Assembly: GCA_945859975.1 (NCBI GenBank)
Contig: CAMAPH010000002.1
Coordinates: 91,768-155,767, forward strand
DNA: 64,000 nt
Direction of reading: 5' to 3'
Source: Chthonomonas calidirosea
Lineage (GTDB): Bacteria; Armatimonadota; Fimbriimonadia; Fimbriimonadales; Fimbriimonadaceae
In this document: piece after piece, positions 18,597 to 26,339 of the stretch
Position numbering within the stretch: the stretch's first letter is position 1
Layout of the letters: the number at the start of each line of letters is the position of its first letter
Notes under the pieces: generated by a model
Databases searched by the model: none
What the model saw: the letters and a program-made list of their open reading frames with translations, nothing else
What the model was told of the DNA's origin: nothing
Program-made: the position numbers and the translations under genes

Positions 18597-19046
18597 TCAC
18601 TCGGAAAACTCAATGGAAACGGTGGCGTTGTGCTCGTCCAGACGATCCTGAAGTTCGTCGATCTCCGCTTCAAGCCGCGATACTTCTTCTTCGACTTCGC
18701 GGGCGGAAAGGGTCGCGATGTACTCCTGCGGTTCCTGCATTCCGTACGGTTGCATGAACTTTCCCGACGTGGTCGGAATCCTCCGCAAGAAGCTGATGTG
18801 ACTCTTCAGTTCCCCGATGCGATAGATCGTCTCCTGAATCGGAGCATTGGCGAGGCTAATTGCCGCTTTCAATTTCACGAGCGCCTCAGTTGCATTTCGG
18901 AGTTCAGCGAGACTTGCCGCCACATCAAACTCTTCCCTGCCGCCAACGAGGCGCGAATTGTGAGCGGTCACGATGCCCTGAAGCTTTTGAATCTTCGCCA
19001 CTTGGCGATTCTTGAGCTTCAGGGCTTTCGCGAGCGAGATTGCCAT
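18597..19046 (-). CDS. DIP1984/DUF6847-like alpha-helical coiled-coil protein (149 aa)
   Basis: MAISLAKALKLKNR...KAAISLAN...YRIGELKS...EIDELQDRLDEHNAT. ATG overlaps the upstream TAA (TAATG). Confidence 0.75.
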   Translation of the reverse strand: MAISLAKALKLKNRQVAKIQKLQGIVTAHNSRLVGGREEFDVAASLAELRNATEALVKLKAAISLANAPIQETIYRIGELKSHISFLRRIPTTSGKFMQPYGMQEPQEYIATLSAREVEEEVSRLEAEIDELQDRLDEHNATVSIEFSE

Positions 19047-21577
19047 TACTGGACGGTAACCCAGACCGATGTGCTCGCCGAACCGAACTGAACGGTTCCG
19101 CGGGTGAACTTCCAGCAGGACTGATAGAGGCCAACGGTGTTCGGCGCCGTGAGTCGAGCCTGAACCGTGATCGTTTGGCCAGGTGCAACGTTGCTTCCGG
19201 GCGGCATTCCGAGGCGGCTCTTGCCGAATGTGGTCGACCCCACGGGCATTGAGGTCAGCGCAAGGCGCTGCACATCCGCCGAGGTCCAGTTCTGCGTACC
19301 GGCGTTTCGGAACGTGAACGCGACCGTGAAGACTTGCCCCGGTGCGACCGTGTTCGGAACCTGCTGGGAAACAAACGCGGCATCCCATTCGGTGTTGACC
19401 GACATTGGGACCGAAATCGTCGTGGTCGTTCCGTTACCGTTGGTAACCGTTAGCGTTGCGTAGAGTTTTGCGCTAGGCGTGATAGCGGCATGATTCAGCA
19501 CGACTTCATTGCTGGTCGGAGCAATTTCGGTGTTCGCGACAACATCGCCTGCGCCAGCCGTTCGACCAATCTTGATCTGGTACTTCTCGATTCCCGTCTC
19601 GGTGTCGTATGCCCAGAGCTTGAATCGAGTCGCCGAGTAGGCGCCACCCGTCGGGACGCCTTCCCAGTTGGAAAAAGCAAATCGATCCACGATCGGCGCG
19701 GTGTCATCACCGGTGTAAGTTCCGCACCAGAAGTCCGTCGCCGGTGCATCGCTGCCCGAAATGACTTCGACGCGCCGGACCTTAGTCTTCCCAAAGGCCA
19801 CCGCGGTTACGGTGTACATGCCCGGTGCCAGCTGGTCGTATCGGTACGTACCGTTAGCAAGCGTCGAGGTTTGGTAGGTGATCGTGCCACCGTCCTTCTT
19901 AGCGCGAACCGTAGCGTTGCCTTGTGCAGTGCCTTCGTTGTAGACGATTCCTTCGATTGCCCCGGCGGTAGCTCCTCGGGAGTCCGCATCCTGCAACAGA
20001 TAGTAAGCATCAAGCGAGCCGTAACCCTGGTGGGTCTCCCAAGAGCCTTTCGGTGCGCCGTACACGCTCAGTGCCGACCGCTGCAAGGCTCGATAGGCCC
20101 GAAGGTTCTGCATGCCCTGAGCTCGATCCATATCGTTCTTGCCGTAGTACAAGCTTGCCGCGCCCGCGACGATCGGGCTCGCCATCGATGTTCCAATCAA
20201 GTAGCCGTAGCCAAGGTCATATCCTGGCGCCCCGACGTCCATGATCGGGTTATGGGTGGTCATCGTGGTGGAGTAGATGTACGCCAGCATCGCGATCGGG
20301 TCTTCGATGTTGCTGTAATCGAGGATGATGTTTCCTCCTGGTGCAGCGAGGTCGATGTACGAACCGGTTCCCGCGTAGTAGTCCGAGGCATGGATGTAGC
20401 CGTAGCCGTTCGCGGTGACCGCGAAAGCGCCACTGCAAGCCGCAGGATAAATCGGCCCTAAGTCACCGCCACCGGCGCCGTCCTCGTTACAAGCCACCAC
20501 GACGAGGACTCCCTTCTGCCAGGCGTAGGTCACCGCGTCCTGGAAGAGCTGCGAGAAGTTTTCCGTGCCAAGGCTAAGGTTGATGATGTCCACGCCATGA
20601 TCGGTCGCGTAGAAAATCGCGCCCGCCGCATCGGCGTCTGAGCCGTTTCCGGTGTCATCGAAAACGCGGAGATTGATTCCCTTGCTTGGATAGCCGAGCC
20701 CGACGATTCCCTTTCCGTTCCAGTTTCCGTTGTTCCCAGAAGCAAGGGCAAGTCCGGTGACGTGAGTGCCGTGCCCCATCGCATCTTCGGTGGATCCTTC
20801 TTGCAGAACTTCGCCAAAGCTGAACTGGGCGTCCAGGCTCAAATCGAACTGCCCGCCTTCTTCGATGCTGCTGTCAAATCCCCCGGCGTTGATGAAGTCC
20901 GGGTGTTGTCGCTCAACTCCGGTGTCGATGACCGCGATCATCGGCACGTTCTGTGGTTTGTCGGCGCTCGTAAACCATCGATTGGGCCAATCGTTCCAAG
21001 CATCGAAAGCGCTGGTCTCGTCGAGATACCAGAGCCGGCGATACGTGACGCCCTCTCCGAGCGGAATCATTGGCTCTCCGATTTCAATAACGTTCCAGTC
21101 CCCGTCATTGGGCTCTGGCAAGAGCGGATAAATTTTGTTGAGCGGCTGTGCCGCCACGACGTTTGGTTTGCCCTTCAGGCTTGCCGCGACCGCCTTGGGA
21201 TCCTCGCCCTTTCCGAGTTGCCATACCGTCCAGCCGGACCGCTGAATCCGGTTTCGAAAATTCTCGGAGCGCAATCCGGTAGGCACAAAACGAGCGCGCG
21301 TCGCTTCGGTTTTCGTTAGCTCTGCCGCAACCTTGGTCGGAAACTTGACCAAAACGTAGCCAGGAACGATCTCGTTCTTGCGCTTCGCGGGAATGTTTCG
21401 CTTCAAGATGCTTCGCAAAACCAATCCCAGTGGTTTCGGTGCAAAAATAGAAACGGCCGGATTACCGATGACTCGGCTTCTCCGTCCTAGCGATTCGCTC
21501 ACGGGACCAACGGTCTGGGCGGGAGCAACGGCAACCAGAAATAGGCTTGCAGCCAAACTCAAAACTCTAAAATTCAT
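19046..21577 (-). CDS. Secreted S8 peptidase with carboxypeptidase-regulatory-like, Ig/FN3-like and NBR1-Ig-like domains
   Basis: AVIDTG / HGTHVTG / GTSMASP triad, then GAIEGIV...LAPGMYTVTA and a C-terminal FRNAGTQNW...VAPGQT. Confidence 0.88.
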   Translation of the reverse strand: MNFRVLSLAASLFLVAVAPAQTVGPVSESLGRRSRVIGNPAVSIFAPKPLGLVLRSILKRNIPAKRKNEIVPGYVLVKFPTKVAAELTKTEATRARFVPTGLRSENFRNRIQRSGWTVWQLGKGEDPKAVAASLKGKPNVVAAQPLNKIYPLLPEPNDGDWNVIEIGEPMIPLGEGVTYRRLWYLDETSAFDAWNDWPNRWFTSADKPQNVPMIAVIDTGVERQHPDFINAGGFDSSIEEGGQFDLSLDAQFSFGEVLQEGSTEDAMGHGTHVTGLALASGNNGNWNGKGIVGLGYPSKGINLRVFDDTGNGSDADAAGAIFYATDHGVDIINLSLGTENFSQLFQDAVTYAWQKGVLVVVACNEDGAGGGDLGPIYPAACSGAFAVTANGYGYIHASDYYAGTGSYIDLAAPGGNIILDYSNIEDPIAMLAYIYSTTMTTHNPIMDVGAPGYDLGYGYLIGTSMASPIVAGAASLYYGKNDMDRAQGMQNLRAYRALQRSALSVYGAPKGSWETHQGYGSLDAYYLLQDADSRGATAGAIEGIVYNEGTAQGNATVRAKKDGGTITYQTSTLANGTYRYDQLAPGMYTVTAVAFGKTKVRRVEVISGSDAPATDFWCGTYTGDDTAPIVDRFAFSNWEGVPTGGAYSATRFKLWAYDTETGIEKYQIKIGRTAGAGDVVANTEIAPTSNEVVLNHAAITPSAKLYATLTVTNGNGTTTTISVPMSVNTEWDAAFVSQQVPNTVAPGQVFTVAFTFRNAGTQNWTSADVQRLALTSMPVGSTTFGKSRLGMPPGSNVAPGQTITVQARLTAPNTVGLYQSCWKFTRGTVQFGSASTSVWVTVQ

Positions 21578-21715
21578 GGGCAGAACCAATCCTCAGAGAG
21601 AGTTTAACGGAAAAAAGTCAAAAGACCAACCATTCCTCCCCCAGAACGTTAGCCTTTTTAGACTTGGAATAGGAAGGCGTTGTTCCGTGGCAAGTAACCT
21701 GTTTGCAGGTCGGAT

Positions 21716-22387
21716 TTGAGCATGTTTTTCTGCCTGCGAATCGATGTCGATTACGTTCCGTGGGATACGCCAGATGCGGAGGAGTTTGGGCATGGCGAGC
21801 CGGCGATGTTACTGCGAATCTTCGAGTTTGCAAAGGAGCGAGGCCTGAAGTTCCAGTTCTTCGTTTCCAACCGAGTGATCCGAGCTTTTCCCACTACCGC
21901 CGATGCCATTTTGAACGAGGGACATGATCTCGATTGGCTCTGCAAGCATCCCGATGATTCCGCCTCCCGCTACGAAGAGGCCCTTGTTCTTCTCCGGGCC
22001 ATTGGACATTCGCCACGAGGCGTCGCGGTAAAGCAGGTTTGGCCAGAATCGGCAGCGACCCAGCACTTCGAAGGCATCGAATTCCTCAGCTCCGAAGGGG
22101 CCTTTTGCCCAACCGCATGGCGGCACTTTCCGATTGAGCTGAAGCAAGCGCGTTCGGCGCAGCAAGCCGGGATGAGTGTTCGGACTTGGACCGATACGGC
22201 CAAGAGACTCGTGCGCGACGCTGCGAGCCGTAATCGCAACGTGACGATCGCGGTCCGGCCTCAAGCACTTGCTCGTTGGGACCCTCGTCTCACCCACCTC
22301 GCCGAAATCGTGGACCTCGCCACCGCCGTGATGCTGCCCGTGATGACTCTTCGTGAGGCGTTTAGCGTAGCCCAGGCAGATTCATAA
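21716..22387 (+). CDS. Polysaccharide deacetylase-like (NodB-fold) protein with degenerate motifs
   Basis: LRIDVD, GEPAMLLRI...GLKFQFFV...ILNEGHDL. Confidence 0.6.
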   Translation: MSMFFCLRIDVDYVPWDTPDAEEFGHGEPAMLLRIFEFAKERGLKFQFFVSNRVIRAFPTTADAILNEGHDLDWLCKHPDDSASRYEEALVLLRAIGHSPRGVAVKQVWPESAATQHFEGIEFLSSEGAFCPTAWRHFPIELKQARSAQQAGMSVRTWTDTAKRLVRDAASRNRNVTIAVRPQALARWDPRLTHLAEIVDLATAVMLPVMTLREAFSVAQADS

Positions 22388-22826
22388 CCACCGTCCACTC
22401 ATCGGGCGTTACCGGCATGATGCTGAGGCGCTGCCCGCGCCGTGTTACGAACATTTCTTCAAGGCCCGTGGTCTGACGCAGCTCCGCGAGGGGCACGACG
22501 CGCGAAAATTTCTCAACGAATTCAACGTCTCGAACCAGCCATCGCGGGTTGTCTGGCAGGCTCTTCGGGTCGTGGTATTCCGAAGTTGGATCGAACTGCG
22601 TGGGATCGGGATAGGCCTCGCTCGAGATTCTTAGAACTCCGACAATTCCGCTGGGCGCCGAATTCGAATGATAGAAAAACGCAAGGTCTCCGATGGCCAT
22701 CGAGTCTCGAATAAAGTTGCGAACCGTGTAGTTTCGGCAACCTTCCCACATTTCAGGCTTGCCCGCCTTCGCGAGATGGTCAATTGAGTAAACGTCCGGC
22801 TCGGACTTCATCAGCCAGTAGTTCAT
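22362..22826 (-). CDS. EVE domain protein
   Basis: MNYWLMKSEP, WEGCRNYTVRN, FFYHSN, QRLSIMPVT. Confidence 0.93.
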   Translation of the reverse strand: MNYWLMKSEPDVYSIDHLAKAGKPEMWEGCRNYTVRNFIRDSMAIGDLAFFYHSNSAPSGIVGVLRISSEAYPDPTQFDPTSEYHDPKSLPDNPRWLVRDVEFVEKFSRVVPLAELRQTTGLEEMFVTRRGQRLSIMPVTPDEWTVVMNLPGLR

Positions 22827-22903
22827 GAAACATATTGTGCCGACCCGAGCAAAACTCGGATCGGCATATATCACACCAGCAGGCTGGTTTATGGCAGGCT
22901 GGT

Positions 22904-24100
22904 TTACGGGAGGCTGACGTGAACGGCGATGTCGCCGGTCACCGCGCTGATGTCCAACACGCCGGTGCCTTCGCCGATCCGGCCGGTGATCCGCTGCGCG
23001 GTTCGGTGCTCTTCTGACAGCTCACCGCTGAATGCGACTTCGCCGTTGAGCGTCGAGATCGAAACCCGAGAATCCGAGTTCGCGGGAATCTCGATGTTCG
23101 CATCACCGGACACCGTCCGAATATTGACCGTACCGCTGACCGCATTGATGAGCGACACTGCGATGTCCCCGGAAACGGTTTCAAGCGAGATCACCTTGCT
23201 TTCCAATCGCTTGGCACTCACATCGCCGCTTGCGGTTCGAGCACTGACGTTTCCGCGAATGTTCTCCAATGAGACGTCGCCTGACTTGTGCTCGATATTG
23301 AGGATCGTCGCCGTTACGTTTGAAACGTGAACATTTCCAGAATCGGAACTGACCTCAATTGCGCCATTCAGCCCCGAGAGGTGAATGTCGCCGGATCGAC
23401 TATTGATGCGTACGCCAGCGCCAGTCTCGTGGATGTGGATGTCGCCCGACTCGGCCCGCACTTCGATTGCGGCAAAGCCGTTAAGATCGATGTGCAAGTC
23501 GACGTTGAGCCCGGTCATATCCGGCTGCTTGATCACGACCGCATGGTCGCTCTCCTCGATCGTGAGGGTGTATTGGTCAGCTTTTGCCTTCGCGTCATCA
23601 AGTGACGCGCCCCGAATTGAGGCTTCGGCTCGAACGTTTCCGATCTCCTTTCCGCCATGGATATGGATGTCGCCAATCGGATTCTCGATCCGAAGCACCT
23701 TGCCGGTTGGAACCATCAACGGCAGGTCGATGCTCTTGTGCTCACTCGTTCCCAGCCAGCCAAGATTGACCGATCCCTTCGAAATGTCATCGATCGTCTC
23801 GCGAACGATATCTCGGCCACGCTTGGCGCCTTCGTTCATCTTTCGGCCAAGATCGGCCCAGTCAATGGACTCGGTCTTTTCACGCGCCATCCTCTCAAGG
23901 TCTTGGAAGAACCCAGAGATCTGATCTACGGGTGGCTTCGGGGCATCGGGCGGAGGAGGAGGAGTGCCCGCATCAGGAGCCACACGTTCGGTTTCGGTGC
24001 GTTCTCCCTGCATCAACGCCTCGATCAAATCGGCCGCTTCATCTGCGGTTAAAGCACCATCGGCTACGAGTTGGTTGATTTTTCGAATTTGTTCTTTCAT
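22904..24100 (-). CDS. DUF4097 beta-strand repeat protein with a SHOCT-like N-terminus
   Basis: Repeated SGDI/SGDV beta-repeats and an N-terminal GALTADEAADLI. Confidence 0.85.
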   Translation of the reverse strand: MKEQIRKINQLVADGALTADEAADLIEALMQGERTETERVAPDAGTPPPPPDAPKPPVDQISGFFQDLERMAREKTESIDWADLGRKMNEGAKRGRDIVRETIDDISKGSVNLGWLGTSEHKSIDLPLMVPTGKVLRIENPIGDIHIHGGKEIGNVRAEASIRGASLDDAKAKADQYTLTIEESDHAVVIKQPDMTGLNVDLHIDLNGFAAIEVRAESGDIHIHETGAGVRINSRSGDIHLSGLNGAIEVSSDSGNVHVSNVTATILNIEHKSGDVSLENIRGNVSARTASGDVSAKRLESKVISLETVSGDIAVSLINAVSGTVNIRTVSGDANIEIPANSDSRVSISTLNGEVAFSGELSEEHRTAQRITGRIGEGTGVLDISAVTGDIAVHVSLP

Positions 24101-24492
24101 CGGAGTTCCTGTAATCTTCGCTTTGCCTCTTGAGCCGACAGTTCGCCGTTCTCAAGCTGCTCGATAATTCGTCGTTTTTCATCCACAATCGCTTCCCGGC
24201 GGTTCTCTTGCTGGGGCGGGTGTAGGTCAAGTGCGGCAAGCAAGGCATCGAGTCGCCCGCGCACGGTTGGGTAGCTGATGCCAAGCTCCTTCTCTACGTG
24301 GCTGAGCATTCCGCGGCACTTCAGGAATGCTTCCAAGAATTGAACGTGCTCGGGCTCAAGCTTCGCATACCTCGGGATCTCGAACTTGCCTCGAATCGTT
24401 ATCCCGGACTCTTCGCTGGCGAGTTCGCTGATGTAAAGCTCTCCGCCGGAGACCGGGTCTCGTGGTGGGATGGGATGAAGACTTGACTTCAT
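24097..24492 (-). CDS. DUF2089 family protein
   Basis: FLEAFLKCRGMLSHVEKELGISYPTVRGRLD and a C-terminal LENGELSAQEA. Confidence 0.88.
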   Translation of the reverse strand: MKSSLHPIPPRDPVSGGELYISELASEESGITIRGKFEIPRYAKLEPEHVQFLEAFLKCRGMLSHVEKELGISYPTVRGRLDALLAALDLHPPQQENRREAIVDEKRRIIEQLENGELSAQEAKRRLQELR

Positions 24493-24609
24493 GGTTCTAT
24501 TATTCTCGTCTTTTTAAATGTTTCACGAGATTTTAATAAGTTTTTTCAATTTTCGTCTTTAAATTATGAAGTTTTCAGTGAATTCAGGCTCACAAAGTAC
24601 AATTTGGGC

Positions 24610-26088
24610 ATGGCTAATGCACTGGAGTCCCTGAAGGACCGATTGTTCGATGTGAACGCGCTCAACGTCGCGGCGGTAATCATGGACTGGGACCAGCAGA
24701 CGTATATGCCAAAGCAAGGCTCCGACGCCCGTGCCGAACACATGAGCATCTTGAGCCGAATGGCCCACGAGATGTTCGTGGCCGACGACACGCAGCGCTG
24801 GACGGAGTCTGCCCAGCCGACTTCCGAAGACGATGAAGCCCTGATTCGGATCGTCAAGCGGCAACTCCTTTTAAAAACTAAGTTGCCAAGTCGGTTGGTC
24901 GAAGAAAAAATGAAAGCATCCGTGCTTGGCCATGAAGCATGGGTGAACGCCAGAGCCAACAACGACTTCAACGCATTCGCTCCAGTTTTGGAGAAGCTGT
25001 TTGATCTCTCCCGTGAAGAAGCGGAATGCTACGGCTATTCCGATGACATCTACACTGCTCTTCTCGATATCTACGAAGAGGGTGCCACCGCGGGCGAGGT
25101 CCGGTCCATGTTCGACGCCATCAAGGGTCCACAAGTTGAGCTCGTAAAGGCCATCGCCGCTCAGGGTCCAGTGGATGACTCCTTCCTCCACGGCGAATGG
25201 GACACCGCTGCGCAGCAGAAACTCACGCTCCACTACGTAAAGGCCATTGGCTTCGACCTTGAAAGAGGTCGGCAGGACACCGCACCACACCCGTTCTGCA
25301 CCACTTTCTCGGTGAACGATGTCCGGCTTACGACCCGGTTCAAGCCGTACCTGCCAAGCAGCATTTTCGGCTCTTTGCACGAAGCAGGCCACGGACTTTA
25401 TGAGCAGGGCTCGCCTAAGGCTTGGGACCGCACACCGCTCGCTGGCGGAGTTTCGCTGGGAGTTCACGAGAGCCAGTCTCGGCTTTGGGAAAACCTCGTT
25501 GGCCGATCCCCCGCCTTCTGGGAATGGGGCTATGGCGACCTTCAGAATGCCTTCCCGGCCCTGAAAGACCACTCGCTCGACAAGTTCCTCAAGGCGGTAA
25601 ATCGCGTGCAGCCATCGTTCATCCGCGTGGAAGCAGACGAGCTGACCTACAACCTTCACATCATCATTCGGTTTGAAATCGAAAGCGCCGTTCTGAAGGG
25701 TGAGTTGGCGGTCAAAGACATTCCGGATGCATGGAACGCGAAGTACGAAGAGTATCTCGGTATCACGCCGAAGACCGACTCCGAGGGCTGCCTCCAAGAC
25801 GTCCACTGGTCAATGGGCTCGATCGGCTACTTCCCTACCTACACCATGGGCAACCTACTGAGCTACCAGATTTGGGCTGCGATGCAGGCTGATCTCGGCG
25901 ATCTCGATGCGCTCATCGCGGTCGGCGACTTTGCTCCGATCCTGAACTGGCTGCAGACCAAGATCTACCGACAGGGCAGCAAGTTCCCGCCGAAGGAACT
26001 GATCGCTTCGGTGACCGGCAAGCCAATGGGCGCCGAGGATTACCTAGCCGGCCTGGGTGCAAAGTACCGGAATCTGTACGGGATCTGA
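24610..26088 (+). CDS. Carboxypeptidase M32 (Taq-type)
   Basis: HPF, HEAGH, HESQSR, IRVEADELTY, DVHWS and GYFPTY motifs. Confidence 0.95.
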   Translation: MANALESLKDRLFDVNALNVAAVIMDWDQQTYMPKQGSDARAEHMSILSRMAHEMFVADDTQRWTESAQPTSEDDEALIRIVKRQLLLKTKLPSRLVEEKMKASVLGHEAWVNARANNDFNAFAPVLEKLFDLSREEAECYGYSDDIYTALLDIYEEGATAGEVRSMFDAIKGPQVELVKAIAAQGPVDDSFLHGEWDTAAQQKLTLHYVKAIGFDLERGRQDTAPHPFCTTFSVNDVRLTTRFKPYLPSSIFGSLHEAGHGLYEQGSPKAWDRTPLAGGVSLGVHESQSRLWENLVGRSPAFWEWGYGDLQNAFPALKDHSLDKFLKAVNRVQPSFIRVEADELTYNLHIIIRFEIESAVLKGELAVKDIPDAWNAKYEEYLGITPKTDSEGCLQDVHWSMGSIGYFPTYTMGNLLSYQIWAAMQADLGDLDALIAVGDFAPILNWLQTKIYRQGSKFPPKELIASVTGKPMGAEDYLAGLGAKYRNLYGI

Positions 26089-26118
26089 CCGGTCGGACGG
26101 TCGAGGGTTTTGAATTTC

Positions 26119-26175
26119 TCACACTTCTTCGAGTCCCGGTGATCCGAAACTTGAAGAAGTGTGATATCTTTTTCT
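26119..26175 (+). terminator. Long-stem intrinsic terminator after the M32 gene
   Basis: 16-bp arms 26119-26134 / 26149-26164 (one G-U) followed by a T-rich tract. Confidence 0.65.
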
Positions 26176-26339
26176 TGGATTGGCGGGAAACTCCGGTCTT
26201 GCCTGCGCTCGACGTTGAGCCAGGCTAAGCAATCCCTCTGCGGCCGATTTTCAGCCAAAGATTCGTTCGGTTTCTGCTTCCGAACGTTCAAGTAAGCGAG
26301 TAGATCACATTCAAACCTGCTTCCTTGGTTTAATGAACT

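Noticed and set aside
19047-19388. N-terminal extension of the 18597-19388 ORF
   Set aside because: It overlaps the S8 gene. The TAATG coupling at 19046 marks the true start.
26177-26235. Assignment as a SAM-I/III, SAH, ZTP or cobalamin riboswitch, or as a tRNA
   Set aside because: Only short partial similarities were found. The diagnostic cores and a cloverleaf are absent, so it is kept only as an unassigned structure.
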